Shown here: piece after piece, positions 23,370-35,569 of the stretch
How the letters are laid out: each line of letters begins with the position of its first letter
Position numbering within the stretch: the stretch's first letter is position 1
Assembly: GCF_001194135.2 (NCBI RefSeq)
Contig: NC_068999.1
Span: 43,808,218 to 43,846,380 of the forward strand
Reading direction: 5' to 3'
Origin: Octopus bimaculoides
Taxonomy: Eukaryota
DNA length: 38,163 bases
Position numbers and translations under genes: made by a program
The notes under the pieces: generated by a model
Told to the model about the DNA's origin: nothing
The model's input: the letters and a program-made list of their open reading frames with translations, nothing else
Databases searched by the model: none

Positions 23370-23465
23370 CTGTGTGGCACTTTGAGCAAGTGTCTTCTTC
23401 TATAACCTCGGGCCGATCAAAGCCTTGTGAGCGGCGAATTTACAGACGGAAACTGGAAGAAGTTC
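23370..23465 (+). mobile_element. SINE family B middle fragment
   Basis: GTGGCACTTTGAGCAAGTGTCTTCTTCTATAACCTCGGGCCGATCAAAGCCTTGTGAG. Confidence 0.8.
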
Positions 23466-23466
23466 A

Positions 23467-23505
<39 letters not shown>

Positions 23506-24112
23506 NNNNNNNNNNNNNNNNNNNNNNNNNNNNNNNNNNNNNNNNNNNNNNNNNNNNNNNNNNNNNNNNNNNNNNNNNNNNNNNNNNNNNNNNNNNNNNN
23601 NNNNNNNNNNNNNNNNNNNNNNNNNNNNNNNNNNNNNNNNNNNNNNNNNNNNNNNNNNNNNNNNNNNNNNNNNNNNNNNNNNNNNNNNNNNNNNNNNNNN
23701 NNNNNNNNNNNNNNNNNNNNNNNNNNNNNNNNNNNNNNNNNNNNNNNNNNNNNNNNNNNNNNNNNNNNNNNNNNNNNNNNNNNNNNNNNNNNNNNNNNNN
23801 NNNNNNNNNNNNNNNNNNNNNNNNNNNNNNNNNNNNNNNNNNNNNNNNNNNNNNNNNNNNNNNNNNNNNNNNNNNNNNNNNNNNNNNNNNNNNNNNNNNN
23901 NNNNNNNNNNNNNNNNNNNNNNNNNNNNNNNNNNNNNNNNNNNNNNNNNNNNNNNNNNNNNNNNNNNNNNNNNNNNNNNNNNNNNNNNNNNNNNNNNNNN
24001 NNNNNNNNNNNNNNNNNNNNNNNNNNNNNNNNNNNNNNNNNNNNNNNNNNNNNNNNNNNNNNNNNNNNNNNNNNNNNNNNNNNNNNNNNNNNNNNNNNNN
24101 NATATATATATA

Positions 24113-24275
24113 GACGCAGGCGTGGCTGTGTGGTAAGAAGTTTGCTTATCAACCACATGGTTCCGGCTTCGGTCCCACTGCATGGCACCTCGGGCAAGTG
24201 TCTTCTACTATATCTTCGAGCCGACCAAATCCTTGTGACTGGATTTGGTAGACGGAAACTGAAAGAAGCCCGTTG
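24113..24275 (+). mobile_element. SINE family B 5' half
   Basis: GACGCAGGCGTGGCTGTGTGGTAAGAAG...GACGGAAACTGAAAGAAGCCCGT. Confidence 0.9.
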
Positions 24276-24312
24276 TAATAATAGTTATCATAATGGTGAT
24301 CTGTGTATGTCT

Positions 24313-24545
24313 TTACTTGTTTCCGTCATTGAGACTGCGGCCTTACTGGGTCACCGCTTCGAATGGTTTTATTCGAACAGATCAACCACTGTAGTATGTT
24401 TTTTTTTGTTGGTTTCGTCTGTGCTTTTACTCTAGCACGTATTATATAGGCGTCTTTTGTTGAACCGCTATGTTATAGGGACGTAGAAAAGCCAACAGAG
24501 ATTGTCAAACTATATGGGGACAAACACCGACACAAATACACACAC
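24313..24545 (-). mobile_element. SINE family B 3' half (diverged)
   Basis: TTTACTTGTTTCCGTCATTGAGACTGCGGCC...GAACCGCTATGTTATAGGGACGTA, the reverse complement of the family B tail. Confidence 0.7.
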
Positions 24546-24689
24546 ATACCCACAAAGGACACAAAGGACACAAGAACAAGATTGTTTCTCTTGGATATAG
24601 TAAAGACAGGCTGGTCATGGCTAGAACGTCTCTGGTCAATTAGTCTGGCTGCCCGTTGAAGGCTAGCATGAGACGAGCAACACCACCAT

Positions 24690-24723
<34 letters not shown>

Positions 24724-25480
24724 TCTTCTTCTTCTTCTTCTCCTTCTCCTCCTCCTCTTCTTCTTCTTCTTCTTCTTCTTCTTCTTCTTCTTCTTCTTCT
24801 TCTTCCGCTCTTAATGAGGGTCTCCAGTTACTTAAACGCAGGCGCATTAAAATATGAGGCACATTTTTCTGTTACTTATTTTTGCGTTCTTGCAAATATT
24901 GTCGTAATGTGACAGCGCAACGCGACACATCTTGCTATTAACTTACGTATCATGTAACATGGGAGTCACTGAGAAAATAGATTANNNNNNNNNNNNNNNN
25001 NNNNNNNNNNNNNNNNNNNNNNNNNNNNNNNNNNNNNNNNNNNNNNNNNNNNNNNNNNNNNNNNNNNNNNNNNNNNNNNNNNNNNNNNNNNNNNNNNNNN
25101 NNNNNNNNNNNNNNNNNNNNNNNNNNNNNNNNNNNNNNNNNNNNNNNNNNNNNNNNNNNNNNNNNNNNNNNNNNNNNNNNNNNNNNNNNNNNNNNNNNNN
25201 NNNNNNNNNNNNNNNNNNNNNNNNNNNNNNNNNNNNNNNNNNNNNNNNNNNNNNNNNNNNNNNNNNNNNNNNNNNNNNNNNNNNNNNNNNNNNNNNNNNN
25301 NNNNNNNNNNNNNNNNNNNNNNNNNNNNNNNNNNNNNNNNNNNNNNNNNNNNNNNNNNNNNNNNNNNNNNNNNNNNNNNNNNNNNNNNNNNNNNNNNNNN
25401 NNNNNNNNNNNNNCAATAACTTGTCTTCACCAACGATAACAACTGCAGTAATAATTCTCCAATTCTTCCTAATTCTTATT

Positions 25481-25572
25481 ACTGGGCCAGCAATTTTGAT
25501 GGGAGGGGCAAGTCGATTTCTGGTACTTATTTTATCTTGTTAGGTGTGCTAAGAATTCCACCAGCTCGCCCT
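25481..25572 (-). mobile_element. SINE family A, internally deleted fragment
   Basis: GGCCAGCAATTTTG...GTCGATTTCTGGTACTTATTTTATC...GTGCTAAGAATTCCACCAGCTCGCC, abutting (TAA)n. Confidence 0.7.
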
Positions 25573-25574
25573 TA

Positions 25575-25643
<69 letters not shown>

Positions 25644-25656
25644 CTACTGAATAATA

Positions 25657-25708
<52 letters not shown>

Positions 25709-25720
25709 TAATAATAATAA

Positions 25721-26248
25721 AAATAGTGGTACAGGAACCATCCAGAGGATGTAGTAAATGGCGGGAGCATCACCATCCTTTGGAGCTTCCCACAGAAAAA
25801 TTGACTCCAATTGACCAGACATTGTGATCAAGGACTACAACAGAGGAACTTGTCTGTTAATAGATATATGTCTATCCCACAAGATCAAAATATCTCAAGA
25901 AAGGAATACGAAAAGCTTTCTCACTATAAAGATCTGCAAATTGAAATCACAAAAGTGTGGAAGCTAAGATAATGCGAGTAGTAATTGGTGCGTTGGAAAT
26001 GATAAAGAAGGGTGCTGAGAAGTTATTTTTGGCAACTCCCTGGTAACTCCAATCTTCGTGAACTACAAAAGATAACCTAGATGGGTACAGCCCATATTCT
26101 ACGGAAAGCACTCTCCATATAAAATGGAATAAATGTGATGATAATTTTAGCATGCATAGCAAAACAAAAAGTGCCCTTGCTACTCTTGGCCTCCGGAGGA
26201 TGCCTGGTACTAAGGTAGCTGAAATAAAGTTACAATGAAAAGAAACCA
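25721..26248 (+). mobile_element. R4/Dong-like REL fragment (subfamily 3)
   Basis: WYRNHPEDVVNGGSITILW...PDIVIKDYNRGTCLLID..SIPQDQNISRKEYEKLSHYKDLQIEITKVWKL..VVIGALEMIKKGAEK...MGTAHILRKALSI*; (TAA)n on both sides. Confidence 0.88.
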
Positions 26249-26250
26249 TA

Positions 26251-26303
<53 letters not shown>

Positions 26304-26325
26304 TAATAATAACAATAATAATAAT

Positions 26326-26470
26326 GAGCTCTAGGGCAGATGCAGGAACATACATTTTGAGGAATGGGACACCTGATGTAGTCCATCTCAGCACTTGCCA
26401 AGCATACATTTTATACCGAAAAGAGGAAGAGCACATTTTGCCCTGGTGGAATGCGAACTCAAAATTACTT
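26326..26470 (+). mobile_element. Possible decayed CCHC zinc-knuckle region of a REL element
   Basis: Frame pieces GHLM*SISALAKH and HILPWW loosely resemble HLxSGCxxLAK...HW; starts right after (TAA)n. Confidence 0.25.
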
Positions 26471-26504
26471 TCTGCGGTAGGCACAAAACTTGAAATTTGT
26501 GAAA

Positions 26505-26634
26505 GAGCGCTTGTCGATTACATGGAAACCAAAGGCGTAGGTGACCTCGGCGGAATTTGAAATGAGAAAGTAAAGACGGACGAAATGCCGCAAAGTATTT
26601 TGCCCGCCATGCTAACGATTTTGCCTGCTCGCCT
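26505..26634 (-). mobile_element. SINE family A 5' part
   Basis: GACCTCGGCGGAATTTGAA...AAAGACGGACGAAATGCCGC...GCTAACGATTTTGCCTGCTCGCC. Confidence 0.8.
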
Positions 26635-27347
26635 TAAAATAAAACAGCAGAGTAACGAAATACCACAATTCAATCACAATACCTTTTCTACCATTACACC
26701 ACACCTAAGTCTCCGGATGTAACGCATTCATTTCCAGGAATAACACAGCATTAACTATAAACCAAACACAGGAAAGAGTAGCTGTGAAAAACAAACTAGA
26801 GTGTAACGTATCACCGCCATAAGTGCTCATGTATTCCATCTGTAAATTTTAGTTAAGCTACGGGAGACAATGAATAAGGTATTTTAAGCTTCGCTGTATG
26901 AGTTACCGTGATTGTTTTTTCCTGTTTGGTTCTTCTCATTTCTCATTTTTTGCCCGCTAATTAGCATTGGGATTGTTTGCGTTTCGTTTCATCTCCACAA
27001 AAGAATTTCAGGCTTTCTACTGTTGCGTCAATCGATTATAGGGAGCTTTTCGTCTTCCATGTATAAGCCATTTCAGAACTTGACAATACACACACACACA
27101 CACACATACACGCACACACACACGCACACACACACACACACACACACACNNNNNNNNNNNNNNNNNNNNNNNNNNNNNNNNNNNNNNNNNNNNNNNNNNN
27201 NNNNNNNNNNNNNNNNNNNNNNNNNNNNNNNNNNNNNNNNNNNNNNNNNNNNNNNNNNNNNNNNNNNNNNNNNNNNNNNNNNNNNNNNNNNNNNNNNNNN
27301 NNNNNNNNNNNNNNNNNNNNNNNNNNNNNNNNNNNNNNNNNNNNNNN

Positions 27348-27497
27348 CTTTACGTTCTGAGTTCAAATTCCACCGAGGTCGACTTTGCTTTCATCCTTTC
27401 GGGGCCGATAAATTAAGTACCAGTTGCGTACTGGGTCGATCCAATGGACTGGTACCTTCCCCCAAAATTTCGGGCCTTGTGCCTAGAATAGAAAAGA
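27348..27497 (+). mobile_element. SINE family A 3' part (head lies in the gap)
   Basis: TACGTTCTGAGTTCAAATTCCACCGAGGTCGACTTTGCTTTCATCCTTTCGGGG...CGGGCCTTGTGCCTAGAATAGAAAAGAAT. Confidence 0.9.
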
Positions 27498-27720
27498 ATA
27501 ATACACCTCTTTATTCGGCAGGTATTTCTTTAATCCACCCTTTAGCACTTCATTCTCTTCCCCACCGGCAAGATATTTTTTAATCTGTTACTCTACACTT
27601 CTTCTCTGCCATCAAGATATTCCTTTAATCCCCACTTCAATACTTTCTTTTCCTTCCCTACCCACAAAACATTTCTTTAATCCGCCCCGTTGTTTTTAAT
27701 CTTTTCTTCTTCATTTATTT

Positions 27721-28076
27721 CAGTAATTTGGCTGCGACCATGCTGTGGCACCACCTTGTAGGGTTTTAGTCGAACAAATCGACGCCCCTCCAAGCACTTA
27801 TTCTATAGGTCCGTATTGCTGAACCGATAGGTTACAGGGACGTAAACACACCGACATCGGTTGTCAAGTGGTGGTGGGGGACGAACACAGACATAAACAC
27901 TAACAAACACACACACACACACATATGTACGACGGATTTCTTTCAGAGATAGATAGATAGACAGATAGATGAAACTTAATGTCGTAGTTGTCACACACAC
28001 ACACACTAGTCGCAATGGGATTGAAACCAGCACCATGTAGTTGGGAAGTAAGATTCATACCACACAGCCACGCCTG
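27721..28076 (-). mobile_element. SINE family B, diverged and interrupted by microsatellites
   Basis: Tail at 27721-27945 and head remnant ACCATGTAGTTGGGAAG...CCACACAGCCACGCCTG at 28011-28076. Confidence 0.75.
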
Positions 28077-28900
28077 TTCGCAGTTATTTCACTGCACTAC
28101 CATGAAATGTAAAAAATAAACAAGAAATAATAATAATAATAAATCGGCACTAGCGTGACTTGAACTCGAAGCGTGAGGCATCGCCATAAGTAAATACAGA
28201 GAGGCATTTATTTAATCAGTCGTTCTACAATTTCTGCCACTCAACACTCTCCTACCAGAGTAAATATCGCTTTCATTTCGTCTCAATCTTTCTTAGTCTT
28301 ATCAGGAAGACTATCTCAAATTTCACTTCCTTCATAATTCAAACAACCACAACAACAACAACACAAACACACGCTTAAACACTCACGTATATACACACAA
28401 ATACACACACACACACACACACACACACATACCAGCAGCCATACCAAAGTACATTCACCAACAGTGAGTCTGTAATACCACGGCTACACTTAAACTTAAT
28501 ACCTTGCTATCACTCTCTGTTATCAGCGGCATTTTTTTAGCAAGTTGTGCATAAGTTATTACTCTCATCACACACACAATAAACCGAAAGAATTTCTATT
28601 TTCTCCGAATGCAAAACAAACATAACCGGAAAAAACCCCCACAAATAAATAATAAAGAAATAACAAAGAAAGAAATAAAGAAATAAAGAAAATGGAACGT
28701 GCAAATATAATTAACGTCGAGGCCTAAATTTTGGGTGCAAAATAATTAAATTGATCGATGCAAACATGTGTTGTAAGTGTAGATTGTGCCTGTAATGTAT
28801 ACACACATACAGACAGACGCATATACATACATGCACACATTCACACACTCACACACACATATGCGTGGGCGCGTAGGATATCTGACAACCAACATTAAGT

Positions 28901-28974
<74 letters not shown>

Positions 28975-29006
28975 AATCTATCTATCTATCCATCTGTTTG
29001 TCTATT

Positions 29007-29053
<47 letters not shown>

Positions 29054-29075
29054 GAGCGTCGTGCTTACAATTTCA

Positions 29076-29114
<39 letters not shown>

Positions 29115-29115
<1 letters not shown>

Positions 29116-29482
29116 TTTTTCGGCACTCCGTCGGCTACGACGATGAGGGTTCCAGTTGATTCAATCAACGGAACAGCTTGCTCATGAAGTTATCTTACAA
29201 GTGGCTGAGCACTCCACAGACACGTGTACCCTTAACATAGTTCTCAGGGAGATTCAGCATGACACAGAGTGTGACAAGGCTGGCCCCTTTGAATTACAGG
29301 TACAACAGAAACAGGAAGGAAGAGTGAGAGAAAGTTGTGGTGAAAGAGTACAGCAGGGTTCACCACCACCCGCTGCTGGAGCCACGTGGAGTGTTTTCGC
29401 TCAATAAACACTCTGGGAATCGAAACCGAGATCCTACGACCGAAAGTCCACTGCCCTAACAACTGGGCCATTGCGCCTCCAC
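29115..29482 (-). mobile_element. tRNA-derived SINE, family D (shares its 3' tail with family C)
   Basis: Minus-strand head GTGGAGGCGCAATGGCCCAGTTGTTAGGGCAG...GGTTTCGATTCCC; the tail matches 19661-19770. Confidence 0.88.
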
Positions 29483-29559
29483 ATGTAAGCATGTGTGTAT
29501 GTGTATGTATATATATACGAATATATGTACATACATTGATACACACACACACATATACA

Positions 29560-29745
29560 TGGACCGCTGAAATCTCCAAGTGTTTTATTATTCTGTCTCT
29601 GCATATTTTCTCTTGCTCTTTGTTGAAGAGCGTAGGCTCGAAACGTAAAAGACTTTCTCATTTTCCCGAGCGTCAAACTATTACACCTGCTTGTTGTTTA
29701 TACACCTGTCTTCGTCTTTTGTTCTGTAAATTTTAACTATATATA
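29560..29745 (+). mobile_element. PLE pseudo-LTR-like fragment with a minimal hammerhead-like motif, ending at (TA)n
   Basis: TCTTTg-TTGAAGA-GcgtaggctC-GAAACGT-A-AAAGA (29617-29652), then a pyrimidine-rich tail and TA repeats. Confidence 0.5.
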
Positions 29746-30435
29746 TATACAAATTCATATATGTATGAGTATATCAGCATATATATACATATATACATAC
29801 ATATGTATACTTATGCACACGCATACTACACACATATTTGCATATATACATATGCAGTCGTAAAAATTCATGTCACACAGATCTATATAAACTATTCCAA
29901 TACTGGATTTCATTATATTTCTTTATGATGTCAGTTATTTGGAATACGTATCCGAATATATATGAAAGAACATCAGAGAATCCAGCTGTTTACCATATGT
30001 GTGTATATATATATATATATATAAGATCNNNNNNNNNNNNNNNNNNNNNNNNNNNNNNNNNNNNNNNNNNNNNNNNNNNNNNNNNNNNNNNNNNNNNNNN
30101 NNNNNNNNNNNNNNNNNNNNNNNNNNNNNNNNNNNNNNNNNNNNNNNNNNNNNNNNNNNNNNNNNNNNNNNNNNNNNNNNNNNNNNNNNNNNNNNNNNNN
30201 NNNNNNNNNNNNNNNNNNNNNNNNNNNNNNNNNNNNNNNNNNNNNNNNNNNNNNNNNNNNNNNTATATATATATATATATATAAATATATATATGTATAT
30301 ATATACCACGTGGTTAATCCCAAACCATCTTGACATCAACGGTGACATGTCATTCATTGTTTGTTACAAGAATATTCTTTTAAATACAGCACAGATATCA
30401 TATTCTAACATAACTAGGGCAGCAGCACCGTCAGT

Positions 30436-30468
<33 letters not shown>

Positions 30469-31211
30469 TATAATTTCTGTGATATATTTTTATTTAGTGA
30501 TATTCCGGAAAATAATACACTTTCACTTCTATATTTTCATCTCTATGGAACAATAAAAATATACGAAATGTTTACAATAATATTACGAATATCAAAAAGA
30601 TATATTCTAAGTTCTCTTTGAACGTACACAGCTCTCTCTCTCGTATGAATGCATTTCACCAGCAGGGAAGCAGGATGCATCTACGAAACTTTTAAAAGCA
30701 TTATTATTATAGATGCTAACGTTCAGATGCATACACTACCAAACATTTGCTATTTCTGGCTATGATATATGTTATTTTCGACTTCCTTTTGCATTAAACG
30801 CCAGCCAAAGAAGCGCAGAAGATTCTCAGTAAGACACTAGATTTTTAAACAGTCTCCGACATTTTATTAAATAGGTCATACTGATTTTGAATAAAACACC
30901 AGGAATTTAGCAATTACCATTTTGCTCCTTGAGAAATAAATCATCGTAAATTTCCTATCGACCTCAGGCGAAATTTCACAGCAGCTTAACACTTCCAAAA
31001 CAGAATAAAATGCCTGAAGAATATTTGGAAACGTGTTCTTTACGAATTTAATTTTGGTGTATTTTTGGCAAGAGAGACAAGCTCTTTATTTTTGATTGAA
31101 ATATAAGTGGAAGACATGATGTTCATGCGTTCTTAAATGTCATCAGTGACTAGAGGCATGTAATGGGAAGGAGATTAATAGATAAAAGACATACGTGGCG
31201 TTTAATTTGTT

Positions 31212-31423
31212 TCGAATTTTGGCACTAGGTCAGCAATTTTTAAGGGAGAAAATTAGTCGATTATTCAAGCCAAGTATTTAACAGGTATTTCATTTTATCG
31301 ACCTTGAAAAGATGAAAGATAAAGTTGACCTGAGTGGTACATGAAATCAGAACGTACAATGCCGGAAGAAATGTCACTGAGCATTTTGTACGACGAGCTA
31401 AACGATTCTTCCAGCTCGCCGCC
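31212..31423 (-). mobile_element. SINE family A, old diverged copy
   Basis: TTTTGGCACTAGGTCAGCAATTT...GAAAAGATGAAAGATAAAGTTGACC...CGATTCTTCCAGCTCGCCGCC. Confidence 0.75.
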
Positions 31424-31504
31424 TATCTGCCCGCATGGCACAATCCCTTCTGTGAGTTATTTTGAAATTGCAGAATGGGACCACATAGTTCCTTCCTTCC
31501 TTCT

Positions 31505-31612
31505 CAGTCGACCTTGAGAGGAGGAAAGGTAGAGTCAACTTTGTGTAAAGACGGACGAAATGGCATTCAAGCCTTTCATCCGGTATGCTAAAGATTCAGC
31601 CAGCTCACCGTC
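31505..31612 (-). mobile_element. SINE family A, deleted and diverged fragment
   Basis: GAAAGGTAGAGTCAAC...AAGACGGACGAAATG...GCTAAAGATTCAGCCAGCTCACCG. Confidence 0.6.
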
Positions 31613-32265
31613 TTGGCATTAAGTATTCAATTCAAAGTGTATTATCCCTGATAATATAATGGCGGAATGGTCATCGCTGGAACGCGTTTGATTGTGAAGC
31701 TGCTTGATCAGACCGACCTGAAGTTAAACTAACATCAACAACGACAACAACAATAACAACGATACACAACAACAACAGCAACAATAAAAACGACAAGGCA
31801 ATAACAACTAGAAGCCCTACGAGATCCCTTACTAAGAACTAATTATCATTAAACGCTCGTATGTCGTTATCTCCATCCTCAATTTGGTAAGAACTGCGAA
31901 GTCTATGTGCTAAGCATTTTCTCTAGAGACTAACACATGAACCATAGCGAAACGTTTCGCCATATACATTAATTCTATATGGTTGTCGTGTCGCAAGAGA
32001 GACTCTACCGAACCTCAAAGGAATCAGATGGAATCGAGAAGGAAAAGAAAGACGAAATGCTCTGATAAATATCTCACCTGATATTATTACAAGAAAGATG
32101 AAAGACAAGAAAACTTACATGGTTTCTTTCGTCGATGAATTCAACAATCTTTATTAAATAGCGTTCTTATTGCTGTGACAACGTCAACGTGCAGATGATA
32201 ATGGCGCCTCGACTCGATGTATATGTATGTTACATGGATTTCAGATCGTGTGTTTGTGTATGGAG

Positions 32266-32296
<31 letters not shown>

Positions 32297-32366
32297 TGTA
32301 TGCCTGCATGTATATATCTATGTATATACTTACGTTATACTTTTGTTATGTATGTATGTGTGTATA

Positions 32367-32419
<53 letters not shown>

Positions 32420-32531
32420 TTGTATAAATACGCATATACAAATGTACGCAACACAAAAATAGACATACATATATACCTACATACGTTCATTCATATATAG
32501 ACCTATATATGCGTATAATTAATTAGCCACG

Positions 32532-32592
<61 letters not shown>

Positions 32593-32870
32593 GTATGCAT
32601 ATCTGTGTGCGTGTATACTTGTGTGTGCGTGTGTGTAGAGCCACGCATTCGCAACAACTAATGCGTGTTTAGAAAATTAAATGTCCTCTATTTGTGCACG
32701 CGTCCACGCACCCACGCACCCACGCCTCCGAGCGCGCAATCGCAGCCCCATATATATTCCACTATTTAAAATCGATAAAAGATATATAACGGATAGAGCT
32801 GTGTGTGTGGGGTGGTGGGGATGGAGAGACAGAGAAGAGGTAAAGAGGTTACGAGAGAGATGGAAGGAGG

Positions 32871-32911
<41 letters not shown>

Positions 32912-33005
32912 ACTGAGAGAGGGAAAGAATTATAAATCCGGAGAATGATACATTCTGCATAACATACATACTAAACCAGAGGTATATATGAAATATATAT
33001 CTGTG

Positions 33006-33054
<49 letters not shown>

Positions 33055-33885
33055 NNNNNNNNNNNNNNNNNNNNNNNNNNNNNNNNNNNNNNNNNNNNNN
33101 NNNNNNNNNNNNNNNNNNNNNNNNNNNNNNNNNNNNNNNNNNNNNNNNNNNNNNNNNNNNNNNNNNNNNNNNNNNNNNNNNNNNNNNNNNNNNNNNNNNN
33201 NNNNNNNNNNNNNNNNNNNNNNNNNNNNNNNNNNNNNNNNNNNNNNNNNNNNNNNNNNNNNNNNNNNNNNNNNNNNNNNNNNNNNNNNNNNNNNNNNNNN
33301 NNNNNNNNNNNNNNNNNNNNNNNNNNNNNNNNNNNNNNNNNNNNNNNNNNNNNNNNNNNNNNNNNNNNNNNNNNNNNNNNNNNNNNNNNNNNNNNNNNNN
33401 NNNNNNNNNNNNNNNNNNNNNNNNNNNNNNNNNNNNNNNNNNNNNNNNNNNNNNNNNNNNNNNNNNNNNNNNNNNNNNNNNNNNNNNNNNNNNNNNNNNN
33501 NNNNNNNNNNNNNNNNNNNNNNNNNNNNNNNNNNNNNNNNNNNNNNNNNNNNNNNNNNNNNNNNNNNNNNNNNNNNNNNNNNNNNNNNNNNNNNNNNNNN
33601 NNNNNNNNNNNNNNNNNNNNNNNNNNNNNNNNNNNNNNNNNNNNNNNNNNNNNNNNNNNNNNNNNNNNNNNNNNNNNNNNNNNNNNNNNNNNNNNNNNNN
33701 NNNNNNNNNNNNNNNNNNNNNNNNNNNNNNNNNNNNNNNNNNNNNNNNNNNNNNNNNNNNNNNNNNNNNNNNNNNNNNNNNNNNNNNNNNNNNNNNNNNN
33801 NNNNNNNNNNNNNNNNNNNNNNNNNNNNNNNNNNNNNNNNNNNNNNNNNNNNNNNNNNNNNNNNNNNNNNNNNNNNNNNNNNNNN

Positions 33886-33918
<33 letters not shown>

Positions 33919-34258
33919 TATCTGTAACAGCGTGTGTGTGTCAGTACGCGTGCTCGCGAGTGTCCATACGTACCTATCTACTTAAATTCTTGTGCGTCTC
34001 GTTTTCTTGACGTACGACAAGAGTAGAGAAAACATCAGGAAATATCGAATTCTTTCTTACCAGTTGTCATTGGAATATATTTTATGTAGTTTCGTCACAA
34101 AAATTGGTAAAAATACGTTAGTGCATCGTATGCATACATACATATATACATAAATGTATACATACATACATACATACACACATATATACATACATACATA
34201 CATACATGCATACATACATATATTTATACATCTATGTATACAAACACACACATACACA

Positions 34259-34308
<50 letters not shown>

Positions 34309-34494
34309 CATATTTCTATGTATATTCATACACACACACACACAGACGCACATACATACATGTATATATATACCTATATGAATTTATATATGCATGTATA
34401 TATATATATATATGCATATATATAAATGCATATATATATATTTATTTATTTATGTGTTTCAGCCAAGTGGCTGCGGTCATGCTGGTATATATAA

Positions 34495-34530
<36 letters not shown>

Positions 34531-35341
34531 NNNNNNNNNNNNNNNNNNNNNNNNNNNNNNNNNNNNNNNNNNNNNNNNNNNNNNNNNNNNNNNNNNNNNN
34601 NNNNNNNNNNNNNNNNNNNNNNNNNNNNNNNNNNNNNNNNNNNNNNNNNNNNNNNNNNNNNNNNNNNNNNNNNNNNNNNNNNNNNNNNNNNNNNNNNNNN
34701 NNNNNNNNNNNNNNNNNNNNNNNNNNNNNNNNNNNNNNNNNNNNNNNNNNNNNNNNNNNNNNNNNNNNNNNNNNNNNNNNNNNNNNNNNNNNNNNNNNNN
34801 NNNNNNNNNNNNNNNNNNNNNNNNNNNNNNNNNNNNNNNNNNNNNNNNNNNNNNNNNNNNNNNNNNNNNNNNNNNNNNNNNNNNNNNNNNNNNNNNNNNN
34901 NNNNNNNNNNNNNNNNNNNNNNNNNNNNNNNNNNNNNNNNNNNNNNNNNNNNNNNNNNNNNNNNNNNNNNNNNNNNNNNNNNNNNNNNNNNNNNNNNNNN
35001 NNNNNNNNNNNNNNNNNNNNNNNNNNNNNNNNNNNNNNNNNNNNNNNNNNNNNNNNNNNNNNNNNNNNNNNNNNNNNNNNNNNNNNNNNNNNNNNNNNNN
35101 NNNNNNNNNNNNNNNNNNNNNNNNNNNNNNNNNNNNNNNNNNNNNNNNNNNNNNNNNNNNNNNNNNNNNNNNNNNNNNNNNNNNNNNNNNNNNNNNNNNN
35201 NNNNNNNNNNNNNNNNNNNNNNNNNNNNNNNNNNNNNNNNNNNNNNNNNNNNNNNNAACACATGTGCATATCAGACACAAAATGGGACACAATCCCACTC
35301 ACAAACACGCACGCACACACATATGCTCATACACATATACT

Positions 35342-35396
<55 letters not shown>

Positions 35397-35398
35397 TT

Positions 35399-35473
<75 letters not shown>

Positions 35474-35474
35474 G

Positions 35475-35511
<37 letters not shown>

Positions 35512-35569
35512 AGCAAGTGTGGCACGTGTGAATGACGGAGCCACCTTGAGCATAATCCTATGAACCAGA

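Larger units (their letters stand above)
745..35256. other. Twelve assembly gaps (about 3.9 kb of N)
   Basis: N runs at 745-863, 2490-3109, 5687-5810, 15103-15125, 17933-17968, 22455-22464, 23506-24100, 24985-25413, 27150-27347, 30029-30263, 33055-33885 and 34531-35256. Confidence 0.97.

Noticed and set aside
31014-31038. CTGAAGA...GAAACGTGTT hammerhead-like string
   Set aside because: No stem II closing pair and no convincing stem I; compatible with chance.
31947-31960. Perfect 14-bp palindrome GCGAAACGTTTCGC
   Set aside because: No CUGANGA core on either strand and no other context.
32119-32172. 54-nt minus-strand candidate exon with AG and GTAAGT boundaries
   Set aside because: All three frames contain stops; a non-coding exon cannot be supported without RNA data.
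275-35563. Dozens of ORFs rich in YI, HT, CV, LS, poly-I/L/N or X
   Set aside because: They are translations of microsatellites or of N-gaps and carry no domain signal.
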